The notes beneath the pieces are model-generated. The model searched no databases, was not told the DNA's origin, and saw nothing but the letters and a program-made list of their open reading frames with translations. The position numbers and the translations under genes are program-made. Shown here piece after piece: positions 29,147-37,648 of a DNA stretch of 64,000 nucleotides (position 1 is the first letter of the stretch; each line of letters begins with the position of its first letter). Source of the stretch: Candidatus Parcubacteria bacterium (GTDB lineage Bacteria > Patescibacteriota > Saccharimonadia > UBA4664 > JAHWKN01); contig JAHWKN010000001.1 of NCBI GenBank assembly GCA_019347875.1, positions 6,801-70,800 of the forward strand, written 5' to 3'.

Positions 29147-30193
29147 ATGATTATCGTTATCATTGCCGGAGGATCGGGTACCAGGCTGTGGCCCTTGAGT
29201 CAGCCCAACTACCCCAAACATCTGCTGCGCCTGACCGGCAAAACCTCGCTGCTGGAAAACACCTACCGCCGGGCCAAGGCGGTGACCAAAGATGTCTACA
29301 TTTTGCCCGAAGCGTCGCACAGCCTGGAGGTGGCCAAGCAGCTGCCGGACCTACCCCCCGAGCACCTGATCGTAGAGCCGGCCCGCCGGGGCACCGCCTC
29401 CGCCATCGCCCTGGCACTGGCCAGGATTAAGCAAACCTCACCGCACGAAACCGTCATCTTCCTGCACGCCGACCATCACATCGTCGACGATGAGGGGTTT
29501 GCGCGGACCGTGCGGGCCGCCGCCGCCGCCTCGGCCGAGGCCCAGAAGATCACCCTGATCGGCCTTAAGCCGAACTATCCGGCCACCGGCTTCGGCTACA
29601 TTAAGGTGGGCACCCCCATTAACACTAGCGAGGACTTGCCGGTGCTGGAGGTGGAGCGGTTTGTCGAGAAGCCGCAGCTGGAAGTGGCCACGCAGTACGT
29701 CGCAGACGGGCGCTACCTGTGGAACCTGGGGCTGTTTGCCGCGCCGGTGGCGGTGTTTGAGGCTAATCTGCGCCAGTTCGCGCCGGAGCTGTATGGGGCC
29801 TACCAGGAGCTGTGCCGGCGGCAAGACGACCCCAAGCGGCTGAGCGAGGCTTACTTGGAGCTGCCGGCGCTGCCGATCGACACCGCCTTGATCGAAAAAA
29901 CCAACCGCATTCAGGTCATACCCGGGCGCTTCGACTGGGCCGACATCGGCTCCTTTTTTGATCTGCATCAGATTCTGGCGGGCAAAGACCACAACGCCTT
30001 AAAAGGCGACGTCTACTTAATTGAGTGCGAAGACTCGATGATTCACGGCTCTACCAAGCCGGTGATCGCCGTCGGGCTGTCCGGTATCGTGGTGGTGGAC
30101 ACGCCCGAAGGGCTGCTGGTTTGTGCCAAGGAAAAGTCGCAGCTGGTGGGCGACGCGGTTAAGCAGCTGCAGGCGAAAACCGCGCCCCCCTAA
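29147..30193 (+). CDS. manC: mannose-1-phosphate guanylyltransferase (GDP-mannose pyrophosphorylase)
   Basis: MIIVIIAGGSGTRLWPLS nucleotidyltransferase G-loop. Start chosen at ATG 29147 because a TATAAT at 29135-29140 sits 6 nt upstream (likely leaderless); the ORF is also open from 29111. Confidence 0.85.
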   Translation: MIIVIIAGGSGTRLWPLSQPNYPKHLLRLTGKTSLLENTYRRAKAVTKDVYILPEASHSLEVAKQLPDLPPEHLIVEPARRGTASAIALALARIKQTSPHETVIFLHADHHIVDDEGFARTVRAAAAASAEAQKITLIGLKPNYPATGFGYIKVGTPINTSEDLPVLEVERFVEKPQLEVATQYVADGRYLWNLGLFAAPVAVFEANLRQFAPELYGAYQELCRRQDDPKRLSEAYLELPALPIDTALIEKTNRIQVIPGRFDWADIGSFFDLHQILAGKDHNALKGDVYLIECEDSMIHGSTKPVIAVGLSGIVVVDTPEGLLVCAKEKSQLVGDAVKQLQAKTAPP

Positions 30194-30254
30194 GCAGCGG
30201 AGCTAGCTTGGAAATTAGCATTAGGACTAAAATTTCATATTATAATAGTTAAGT

Positions 30255-32054
30255 ATGACTACAGTTACCGACATACCGCTGTCCGGGCCGGGCGGGCCAA
30301 ACGACTTCGACAGGCCCGCCCGGCCGCCCGGCCGCCCGCGCTTGACAATGGTCGCCGGTATCCTGGCCACACTTGGCTTGGTGCTGGGGTTACTGTGGCT
30401 GGGCTTCAGCCTGGTGTACGCGGGTAAGGTTTACCCCGGCGTCAGTGCGGCCGGCGCTTATCTGGGAGGACTCGACCGCGATCAGGCCATTACCGCCATC
30501 GCCGCCCGCACCGATGAGTACGAGCGGGTGCTGATTCCGGTCGAGTACGACAACACCACCTTCCGCATCAGCCCTGCCAAACTGGGTTTAACCTACAACG
30601 CCGAAAAGCTGGCCGAGGCCGCCCTTAGCCACGGCCGCCGGGGCGGCTGGTGGAGCCGTTTACACCAGCAGGTGCGGGCGCTGGCCGGCCGACCGACCGA
30701 GTTCGCCGCCTACCGGTACGATGACGCCAAGCTGGCACCTTACCTGGCCCGGATCGATACCGATCTAAACCGCCCGGTGCGCGATGCCAGCTTTCACATT
30801 AGCGGCGGGAGCGTGACCGTTAACCCCGACCAGCCCGGCCGGCGCTTGGATCTGGCGGGGCTGGTCAGGCTGCTAAACCAGCGGCTGGCCAACACCAGCG
30901 ACGCGCCCATCCGGACGCCGGCCTACCCGATGCCCCCGCTTATCGACACCGCCAGCGCCCAGGCGGTGCAGCCCCGGGCCGCCGAGATCGTCGGCCAACC
31001 CGTCAAGCTCAGCGCGGCCGCCCGTCAGTTCGTCATTACCGAGGCCGAGCTGGCCTCCTGGCTAAAGCTGGAGCGGACCGTTCCCCGCAACTTCGCCGGC
31101 TCCGGCGGTATCACCGCTTTTTACGCCGCCTTTTCGCCGGTCAGCTTAAGCGTGGATGAGGCCAAGATCAATCAGTACGTCGCAGAGCTGGCCGCCAAAA
31201 TCGACCAGCCGGGCCAAAACGCCGTCTTGACCATCACCGACGGCCGGGCCACCGTCTTTAAACCCAGCCGCGACGGCGTGCAGCTGGACCGGCCGAGGGC
31301 CGTGGCCGACCTGCGGCGGGCGCTGGCGGGTGACGGGGACCGGGAGCTGCGTTTAGCGGTTAAGGTGTCGAAGCCCGAGATCACCGAAGCCAGCATTAAC
31401 GACCTGGGTATTAAGGAGCTGATCTCTGAAGGGGTCAGTTTCTTCCCGGGGTCGACGCCTGAGCGGGTTCAAAACGTCCGCACCGGGGCCGCCCGCTACA
31501 ATGGGGTTTTACTCAAGCCGGGTGAGGTGTTTTCGTTCGGCGCCCTGCTGGGCGACGTCAGCGCCGCCACCGGCTACGCGCCGGCCAAGGTCATTATCGG
31601 CAACCGCCAGGAGCTGCAGTACGGCGGCGGGCTGTGCCAGGTGTCTAGCACCGCTTACCGGGCCGCCCTGAACGCCGGGCTGCCTATTTTGCAGCGTGTT
31701 AACCACTCTTTTGCCATTAACTACTACACCGCGCCTTACGGGGTGCCGGGGGTGGACGCCACCGTTTACTACCCGCAGGTGGACATGAAGTTTAAAAACG
31801 ACACCCACGCCCACATTTTGATCCAGACGGTGATAGAGGGCAGCACCCTGAAGTTCCAGTTTTACGGCACCAAGACCAAGGAGGGCCGCATCCGCGGGCC
31901 GGAGTTTATCGAAGGGTCGCTGGATGCCACCAAGCCGTCCAAAACGGTGTTTTACCGTGACGTATTAGTGGACGGGCAGGTGGTTAAGACCGACCGGGTC
32001 TTTACCAGCTACAAGTCCAGCAAGGAGTTCCCCGACAAGCCGCAGTTTAACTAA
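30255..32054 (+). CDS. VanW-family protein (N-terminal TM + PG-binding-like region + VanW domain)
   Basis: VanW core YGGGLCQVSSTAYRAALNAGLPILQRVNHSF. N-terminal TM (VAGILATLGLVLGLLWLGF). Confidence 0.85.
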   Translation: MTTVTDIPLSGPGGPNDFDRPARPPGRPRLTMVAGILATLGLVLGLLWLGFSLVYAGKVYPGVSAAGAYLGGLDRDQAITAIAARTDEYERVLIPVEYDNTTFRISPAKLGLTYNAEKLAEAALSHGRRGGWWSRLHQQVRALAGRPTEFAAYRYDDAKLAPYLARIDTDLNRPVRDASFHISGGSVTVNPDQPGRRLDLAGLVRLLNQRLANTSDAPIRTPAYPMPPLIDTASAQAVQPRAAEIVGQPVKLSAAARQFVITEAELASWLKLERTVPRNFAGSGGITAFYAAFSPVSLSVDEAKINQYVAELAAKIDQPGQNAVLTITDGRATVFKPSRDGVQLDRPRAVADLRRALAGDGDRELRLAVKVSKPEITEASINDLGIKELISEGVSFFPGSTPERVQNVRTGAARYNGVLLKPGEVFSFGALLGDVSAATGYAPAKVIIGNRQELQYGGGLCQVSSTAYRAALNAGLPILQRVNHSFAINYYTAPYGVPGVDATVYYPQVDMKFKNDTHAHILIQTVIEGSTLKFQFYGTKTKEGRIRGPEFIEGSLDATKPSKTVFYRDVLVDGQVVKTDRVFTSYKSSKEFPDKPQFN

Positions 32055-32058
32055 ACCA

Positions 32059-32082
32059 AAAAAAGCCACCAGGTGGCTTTTT
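32059..32082 (+). terminator. intrinsic terminator after the vanW-family gene (bidirectional form)
   Basis: AAAAAGCCAC-cag-GTGGCTTTTT: 6-7 bp GC-rich stem flanked by an A-run and a T-run. Confidence 0.7.
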
Positions 32083-32149
32083 GGCGGGTCTTCGACCGAA
32101 AAGGGGATAATTGCGGTTAGGGGGCGGTTAAGCCCCCGCACCGTCTGAC

Positions 32150-32623
32150 TCAGTTGACCTGGAAGGGGATCGGCCCGGTGACGAAGCCCTGGAAGCTGGC
32201 GAAGGGGTCGGGCGACACGATCACCTGGAGGGTGTGGCTGCCGGGGCTGTACGGCGCTGAGCCGCTGAAGCGGGCCACGCCCCGCCGGCTAGCGGTGACG
32301 CTGCCGACCTGGCTGGCCCAGCAGCCGGTGATGCGCCCGCGGTCGATGGTGAGGTTGGCCAGCCAGACTTCGTAGGACCGGCCGGGCTTGAGCCCGTACG
32401 CCGCCACGTGGACCTCGACGGCGGAACCGTTGCGGTTGCCGTGGAGGACGACCTGGCCGTTGCGGTGCCCGGACGGTCCGACGTTCTGGCAGATGCCGGT
32501 TGGACCGGTCAGGGCCGCTGTGGCCACCGACGGGGCGGCCGGCTGATGGGCGGCGGCGGCGGGCGGGGAAAGGATCCCGGCCAGGCTGCCCACCAACAAC
32601 AAACTCACAAACAGCTTGCGCAT
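32150..32623 (-). CDS. secreted hypothetical protein (signal peptide)
   Basis: MRKLFVSLLLVGSLAGILSPPAAAA signal peptide. No recognisable catalytic motif. Confidence 0.55.
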   Translation of the reverse strand: MRKLFVSLLLVGSLAGILSPPAAAAHQPAAPSVATAALTGPTGICQNVGPSGHRNGQVVLHGNRNGSAVEVHVAAYGLKPGRSYEVWLANLTIDRGRITGCWASQVGSVTASRRGVARFSGSAPYSPGSHTLQVIVSPDPFASFQGFVTGPIPFQVN

Positions 32624-32890
32624 AATGACCTCCTGGTCATAGAGAGACGGTACATCAATCCATAAGCGGATTAACTGCTAGAGTATACTACAATGCTTAA
32701 ATAATGTCAATAGTTTTGCGATGCTTCCGGTCAGTGTTCTGATCCCGTAGCTTTGTGTGTAGTCGACGATTTTTCTTACAAATCAATGCTGGTGGGCGGG
32801 GGCGGTCGCGTTGGCGACCGCCCCCCTGTTGGTCTTCGCTCTGCTTTAGATACATAGAGAGGATGCGTGCGCTCCCCGTCGCATTTAGGG

Positions 32891-33478
32891 CTAGGTGCAG
32901 TTGGGCGCTCCCTCTGGGCACGAGGCGTTGGTGTTTGGCACGACGGCGAAATCCGCCCGCGCTAACGCTTCGCTGCTGTTGAGGTATCTGATTAGCACCG
33001 TCCAATCGCCTGGCTGCTCGGAAGAGGGCACGATGAACCTGAAGATGCTGCGCCCCTCGGAGTCGGTGCGCTGGTCGGGCATGAAGTAGCATTCCGACGC
33101 TACCGGACCGGCGCACCATCTGACCGGCGCGTCGGGCCGCAGTCCGGTCGCGTAGGCCGTTACCTCTTCTTCGCCAGGCTGCACCCGGGGCCCGACCTCT
33201 CCTGGCTGGTAGGGCTGGCCGGTGGCCTCTAGGGTAAGGCGGGGGGTGCTGGCCGGCGCCTTTCTGGTGGGAGCGGTAGTCGAGGGCTTCTTGACGGCGG
33301 CCGGCGGTCCCAGGGTGCCGGTAGTAGGTTCGCCGGGCTCGCTGGAGGTGTTCTCGTTCGGTTCTGGCTGAGTCACCGAGGGCTCGGTAGCCGACGGAGC
33401 GGGCGCCCGGTCACCGCTTGAGGTGCAGGAGCTCGCCAGGAGGGTGAACACTGTTACGGTAATGAGTAGCTTTTTCAT
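32891..33478 (-). CDS. lipoprotein, hypothetical
   Basis: MKKLLITVTVFTLLASSC lipobox followed by a Pro/Thr-rich linker. GC-rich hairpin (12-bp stem) downstream at about 32795-32830. Confidence 0.6.
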   Translation of the reverse strand: MKKLLITVTVFTLLASSCTSSGDRAPAPSATEPSVTQPEPNENTSSEPGEPTTGTLGPPAAVKKPSTTAPTRKAPASTPRLTLEATGQPYQPGEVGPRVQPGEEEVTAYATGLRPDAPVRWCAGPVASECYFMPDQRTDSEGRSIFRFIVPSSEQPGDWTVLIRYLNSSEALARADFAVVPNTNASCPEGAPNCT

Positions 33479-33586
33479 GGCCTTCTTTCGGTTCGCGGCC
33501 TGTCAAAGGGCAGGGGCAGAGCGGATACCCAGAGCAACTGGGCGGATAAAGCTTAGGATTAGCAGCTAGTTTTGTCAAATACCCGC

Positions 33587-33675
33587 TTGACACTACGGCT
33601 TTTGTTCGGTTACACTAAGACCAGGTCTTGATAGCGAATAAATTGAAAAATTAGATTAAAGACCTGGTCTTAAAG
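33587..33675 (+). promoter_or_regulatory. lexA promoter plus two palindromic operators (candidate SOS/LexA boxes)
   Basis: -35 TTGACA 33587-33592, 17-nt spacer, -10 TACACT 33610-33615. Operator 1 TAAGACCAGGTCTTG at 33616-33630 abuts the -10. Operator 2 TTAAAGACCTGGTCTTAAAG at 33656-33675. RBS AGGAGGG then ATG at 33691. Confidence 0.6.
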
Positions 33676-33690
33676 TAACAGGAGGGAAAC

Positions 33691-34311
33691 ATGCCGGAAC
33701 CGTTAACCAAACGCCAAAAAGAGGTGCTCGATTACGTCACTCAGTACATCGAGCTGCACGGCTACGCGCCGAGCTACCGCGAGATCGCCGAGGCCTTTAA
33801 GCTCGGCTCGGTGGCCACCGTGGCTGAGCACATCGAGACGCTGGTGAGCAAGGGACTGCTGCAAAAGGGGGACAACGAGGCCCGCTCGCTGCAGCTGATC
33901 CGCCCCGAAGAGCTGCAGACCGACCGCTCTATCGGCCTGCCGATTCTGGGGCTGATCGCCGCCGGCCAGCCGATTGAGGCGATCGAGGGCCACACCGAAA
34001 CGCTGGAGGTGCCGCCCTTTATGGTCGGGCGCAAACACTCTTACGTCTTACAGGTTAAGGGTCAAAGCATGATCGAGGACGGCATTTTAGACGGCGACTT
34101 TGTGGTGATCCAGGAGAAAGAGGTGCCCAGCAACGGCGAGGTGGTGGTGGCGCTGGTGGGCGAGGGCGAGGCCACGCTGAAGCGCTTTTACAAAGAAAAA
34201 GACCACATCCGCCTGCAGCCGGCCAACTCGGCCATGGAGCCCATCATCGTCCCCAAGGGCACGCCGATTCAGATTCAGGGGACGGTCATCGGCGTCATCC
34301 GCAAATACTAA
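33691..34311 (+). CDS. lexA: LexA repressor
   Basis: N-terminal winged HTH. Cleavage-site region. Catalytic Ser in VKGQSMIEDGI and Lys in EATLKRF. Confidence 0.95.
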   Translation: MPEPLTKRQKEVLDYVTQYIELHGYAPSYREIAEAFKLGSVATVAEHIETLVSKGLLQKGDNEARSLQLIRPEELQTDRSIGLPILGLIAAGQPIEAIEGHTETLEVPPFMVGRKHSYVLQVKGQSMIEDGILDGDFVVIQEKEVPSNGEVVVALVGEGEATLKRFYKEKDHIRLQPANSAMEPIIVPKGTPIQIQGTVIGVIRKY

Positions 34312-34608
34312 AACTTACAGCTTTGGCGCATTGCGGCGCCTGCCTGCCGGCAGGCAGGTCAAAGCCTGCGCTCCGCACTCGCCGTACCATTAAGTACGAC
34401 TCGCTGACGGTGCTCGGCTTTCCTTGAACTGCACTCAAATCCGCACACCTCCAGCAGGCTGCTTTACTGCATCCAAATCTGTAAGTTTTAAATGCCGGTT
34501 TGCATCGCGCTTGAGATAGAAAGAGAAAGTAATGAACAAACGAAAGCTTCGGATGATGTACCGCCGTTACCTGTTTTCTTACAGTTTCGAGGTGGTGCCG
34601 GCTAAGCC

Positions 34609-35868
34609 TTATTTGGCGCCGGAGCCGATTGGCTCGGTCTCGGGCCGCGAGCCGGACGCTTGGCTTTGGCTGGTGGCCGGCTTGATCTTGTTTTGACCGC
34701 GGTATAAGAACGAGCGGGTCAGCGGCAGAGTGTTGTTAATGCCGTTGGTAAACACCAGCTGGGAGAGGTCGTTATCACCGTAGCGAAAGCTGGCGGAAGA
34801 GCCGGCCAGGTACAGCCGCCACATGCGGTAAAACCGCTCATCGTACCGGCGGGTAATCTCGGCTTCGTGCCGCTCAAACCGGCGGCGCCACTCGTCTAAC
34901 GTCAGGGCGTAGTGCGGCCGCAGGTTTTCGTAATCGATCAGGCGCAGGCCGTACTCCGGCAGCAGCTTCACGGTCTCGCGCAGACTGGGTATGTAGCCGC
35001 CGGGGAAGATGTAGCGGTCGACCCAAGGGTCGTTGGGGGTTTCGAGCTGGTTGGTAATGGAGTGCAGCACCGACAGCCCCCCAGGCTTTAGCAGCTGTTT
35101 CACCAGCTGAAAGTAGAGGTGGTGGTTGCCCCGGCCGACGTGCTCAAAAAAGCCCACGCTGACCACCCGGTCGAACATCAGCTGACGGGTCGGTAAGTCC
35201 TGGTAGTTCAGCAGCTCGAAGCGGACTTGGCCGCCCACCCCTGCCTGCTCGGCCAGGTTTTGGGCGTGACGGTGCTGCTCGCGGCTGAGCGTTACCCCCA
35301 GGCCGGTTACGCCGTAGTCACGGGCCGCTTTCACCAGCAGCCGCCCCCAGCCGCAGCCGATATCCAGCAGCGACTGCCCGGCCGTTAACTGCAGCTTGCC
35401 TAAAACATGGTCCAGCTTTTGCTCTTGCGCCTGCTCCAGCGTGTCGTCAGGGCGTTTGAAGTAGGCGCAGCTGTAGGTCATGCTGGCATCAAGCCACAGC
35501 CGGTAAAAGTCGTTACCTAGATCGTAGTGCTGCTGAATCTGGCCGGCTTGGCGCTGTTTGCTGTTGGGCTGGGGCCGCGCGGTCAGCTGGCGCCACAGGC
35601 CGCCCATAGCCAGCTTGTTCTCGGCCGCTAAGCGCATAACCTGGTCGAGCGGACCCTCTACCTCGACCTGGCCGTTCGTGTAGGCCTCGCCAAAGCCCAG
35701 GCTTAAATGCTTAACCATACCCTTTAGTGCCGCCGGCTGTTTGATCTTGAGGGTAAAGTAAGGTTGGTCGTTACCGTACGTCTTAACCTCGGTCCCCCAG
35801 TAATCCACGGTTACGGCGCCCACCCGGATGTGCGCTAAGCCTTGCTCAAAAATGGTTTTTGCTAACAC
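34609..35868 (-). CDS. cfa: cyclopropane-fatty-acyl-phospholipid synthase family SAM methyltransferase
   Basis: SAM motif LLDIGCGWGRLLVKAARDYGV. CFA-synthase-like N- and C-terminal regions. Low-complexity C-terminal tail. Confidence 0.8.
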   Translation of the reverse strand: MLAKTIFEQGLAHIRVGAVTVDYWGTEVKTYGNDQPYFTLKIKQPAALKGMVKHLSLGFGEAYTNGQVEVEGPLDQVMRLAAENKLAMGGLWRQLTARPQPNSKQRQAGQIQQHYDLGNDFYRLWLDASMTYSCAYFKRPDDTLEQAQEQKLDHVLGKLQLTAGQSLLDIGCGWGRLLVKAARDYGVTGLGVTLSREQHRHAQNLAEQAGVGGQVRFELLNYQDLPTRQLMFDRVVSVGFFEHVGRGNHHLYFQLVKQLLKPGGLSVLHSITNQLETPNDPWVDRYIFPGGYIPSLRETVKLLPEYGLRLIDYENLRPHYALTLDEWRRRFERHEAEITRRYDERFYRMWRLYLAGSSASFRYGDNDLSQLVFTNGINNTLPLTRSFLYRGQNKIKPATSQSQASGSRPETEPIGSGAK

Positions 35869-35912
35869 GCCACCATCTTAGACCTTTCAGGTGGGCTAAG
35901 CAAGCAACTCAA

Positions 35913-35942
35913 TTGACCGGGCAGCCCGCCAGCCGATATAAT
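35913..35942 (+). promoter_or_regulatory. near-consensus sigma-70-type promoter upstream of tRNA-Asn
   Basis: TTGACC 35913-35918, 18-nt spacer, TATAAT 35937-35942. tRNA begins about 68 nt downstream. Confidence 0.6.
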
Positions 35943-36009
35943 CACCTGGTATTCCGGAGAGCCGGCAGCGGTCGGATCAGCGATCAAGCCGGGCGGAATA
36001 CGATGATGT

Positions 36010-36084
36010 TCCGGAGTAGCTCAGCGGTAGAGCAGTGCGCTGTTAACGCATTGGCCGTCGGTTCGAATCCGACCTCCGGAGCCA
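36010..36084 (+). tRNA. tRNA-Asn (anticodon GTT), CCA encoded
   Basis: Manual fold: acceptor TCCGGAG/CTCCGGA, D-arm GCTC..GAGC, anticodon stem GTGCG/CGCAT with loop CTGTTAA, T-arm GTCGG-TTCGAAT-CCGAC, discriminator G, CCA. Confidence 0.85.
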
Positions 36085-36090
36085 AGCATA

Positions 36091-36122
36091 AGCACTTTGC
36101 TAAAGCAGAGTGCTTTTGTTTT
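36091..36122 (+). terminator. intrinsic terminator after tRNA-Asn
   Basis: AGCACTTTGC-taaa-GCAGAGTGCT: 10-bp stem with one G.U pair, followed by TTTGTTTTGG. Confidence 0.7.
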
Positions 36123-36136
36123 GGTATATTAAAGCT

Positions 36137-36628
36137 ATGGAATTGTTTGACCTTGTAAACGAACAGGATCAGGTGGTCGGTATCACCAACAAATCTGAGG
36201 CACATGAAAAACGCCTTCCTCACCGTGTCGTTGCGGTATATGTCTTTAATGAGCAGGGTGATCTTTTTGTACAAGTCCATAAGAATAGTGGCGGTAGGTA
36301 CGATCATTCTGCTGGTGGACATGTTTCGAAAGGTGAAGATTACCCATCTGCAGCATCTCGTGAAAGCAATGAAGAATTAGGTATTAATCAGCCACTAACT
36401 CACGTTTCTACATTCTTTTCAGACGGGGGAATCTATCATCATATGTTCGGCATATTTGAATGCGTAGCAGAACCAAGTTGGCAATTCGTTCCCAATGGCG
36501 AAGTTGACGAGATTATTCCAATGAGTATTGAAGAAATAAGGTCATTGATGACAGAGAACCCAGAATTATTTACCGGAGGTTTCAGAAATACCATGAAAGA
36601 GTACTGCCGAGTCAAAGGGATTAGTTAA
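36137..36628 (+). CDS. NUDIX hydrolase
   Basis: Nudix box GGHVSKGEDYPSAASRESNEELGI. ATG at 36137 lies downstream of the tRNA terminator; the listed GTG start at 36110 falls inside that hairpin. Confidence 0.85.
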   Translation: MELFDLVNEQDQVVGITNKSEAHEKRLPHRVVAVYVFNEQGDLFVQVHKNSGGRYDHSAGGHVSKGEDYPSAASRESNEELGINQPLTHVSTFFSDGGIYHHMFGIFECVAEPSWQFVPNGEVDEIIPMSIEEIRSLMTENPELFTGGFRNTMKEYCRVKGIS

Positions 36629-36700
36629 GTCTTCAAACGTAAAAGTTCGTACCAGAGGGTGAGCCAAGCAAACAGCGCCATCCGAAAGCGTTCAACACCA

Positions 36701-36724
36701 GGGCGGAGCCTAACGGCTCCGCCC
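36701..36724 (+). terminator. hairpin after the NUDIX gene (GGGCGGAGCC-taac-GGCTCCGCCC)
   Basis: Perfect 10-bp stem with a 4-nt loop. Weak T-tract (tattcattt). Confidence 0.5.
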
Positions 36725-36754
36725 TATTCATTTACCAACAAATATCATTTCTGG
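36721..36754 (+). repeat. 34-bp direct repeat, copy 1 (gccctattcatttaccaacaaatatcatttctgg), abutting a consensus promoter
   Basis: 32/34 identical to 37364-37397. Semi-palindromic core CCAACAAATATCATTTCTGG. Confidence 0.7.
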
Positions 36755-36756
36755 CC

Positions 36757-36785
36757 TTGACAATAGAGTGCGCGTAAGGTATAAT
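36757..36785 (+). promoter_or_regulatory. perfect consensus sigma-70 promoter (TTGACA-17-TATAAT)
   Basis: TTGACA 36757-36762, 17-nt spacer, TATAAT 36780-36785. Drives the ORF with ATG at 36846 (RBS AAAGG). Confidence 0.7.
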
Positions 36786-36845
36786 GAACGACATTCCTCT
36801 GTTTACAGAGGGATACCCACCCACCCACGCACGAAAGGCAACTCA

Positions 36846-37160
36846 ATGCCCTTGAAAATTGGAGTACAAAAGGTGGCCGGCGCCACGTGGTTGGACTTTC
36901 CAACCTACCTGTCTGATCGAGGAAGTACGTTCCGGGTCTACGCCAACTCCGGCTACCAACCGCACCCTAGCGACACCACATTGTTTCGCCTGATGATGGA
37001 GGTGCTCATGGTCGACGGTGCCGGTGTCACGAGCGTGGAGGTCGAGAACAGGCTCCTTATGAGGGTATACCACGGCAAGGCTGTGACTAGCGAGGACATT
37101 CTCGCTCGAGTGATGGGGGCGGTTCGGCGCGCCGGCAAGACCCCTGTTCTCGTGAAGTAG
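36846..37160 (+). CDS. hypothetical protein (104 aa)
   Basis: ATG at 36846 follows the consensus promoter and a 5'-UTR hairpin (CCTCTG-ttta-CAGAGG). Strong hairpin after the stop. No recognisable domain. Confidence 0.5.
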   Translation: MPLKIGVQKVAGATWLDFPTYLSDRGSTFRVYANSGYQPHPSDTTLFRLMMEVLMVDGAGVTSVEVENRLLMRVYHGKAVTSEDILARVMGAVRRAGKTPVLVK

Positions 37161-37165
37161 GTGGA

Positions 37166-37195
37166 AATCTCCCCGCGCTCATGCGCGGGGAGATT
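37166..37195 (+). terminator. strong hairpin (13-bp perfect stem AATCTCCCCGCGC / GCGCGGGGAGATT, loop TCAT)
   Basis: Immediately after the stop at 37160. No T-tract, so function as a terminator is uncertain. Confidence 0.45.
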
Positions 37196-37363
37196 CAGCC
37201 CAAGACTTTAAGCACTTGAAGTTTTAGGCCGGATAACACAAATATTTGCTGCGGCTCATTCACAGCTGCAAAAAGAGAGGCACCTAGAAATCCTCTAAGG
37301 CCATTTACGCGCAACAGCTTGCGTTGCTCTAATATACATAAGCGCGCAACATCGGGCCGAGAC

Positions 37364-37397
37364 GCCCTCTTCATTTGCCAACAAATATCATTTCTGG
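37364..37397 (+). repeat. 34-bp direct repeat, copy 2
   Basis: gccctcttcatttgccaacaaatatcatttctgg; see copy 1. Confidence 0.7.
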
Positions 37398-37585
37398 TTC
37401 ATTGAACGCCTTGGCAATTTCCTTCATTCTTGGCGCTAGGGTTCGAAACTTGGCAGCTAGGGGGAGCCAAGGTGCGAAGGCAACTTTTGTTGTCGGCGCG
37501 CCTTGTTTGTTGAAGCGGGTACGATGCCCAGGGCTCGTGGAGTCACACCTAGCGTGCAGCCGGAACAAGTGTTGGGTAATCCTTT

Positions 37586-37640
37586 CCCAGGAGCCAAAGT
37601 ACTCATGCTTAAACGATCGAAAGGTCGTTTTTGCTGTATA
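37586..37640 (+). repeat. about 55-bp leader element, copy A (cccagg-AGCCAAAGTACTCATGCTTA...ggtcgtttttgctgtatac), upstream of the pilin-like gene
   Basis: Shares a 20-nt core AGCCAWAGTACTYATGCTTA and a downstream g[ct]cgtttt...gtatac segment with 39353-39416. Embeds an ATG starting a short ORF MLKRSKGRF... Confidence 0.55.
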
Positions 37641-37648
37641 CTCAAAAT

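Noticed and set aside
32150-32623. Considered a Cu/Zn superoxide dismutase or CHRD-domain call for the secreted 157-aa protein
   Set aside because: The SodC metal-ligand motifs (GFHVHE, the GDL-N loop, the disulfide Cys pair) are absent. Only the signal peptide is supportable, so I left it hypothetical.
32697-33119. 140-aa minus-strand ORF and 32755-32982 / 32895-33089 plus-strand ORFs near the lipoprotein gene 3' end
   Set aside because: They overlap the lipoprotein gene or its terminator hairpin region. Their translations are basic and low-complexity with no start context.
36110-36136. GTG start at 36110 for the NUDIX gene, and the 36768 start for the 36846 ORF
   Set aside because: 36110 lies inside the tRNA-Asn terminator hairpin. 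36768 lies inside the -35/-10 promoter. ATGs at 36137 and 36846 give sensible N-termini.
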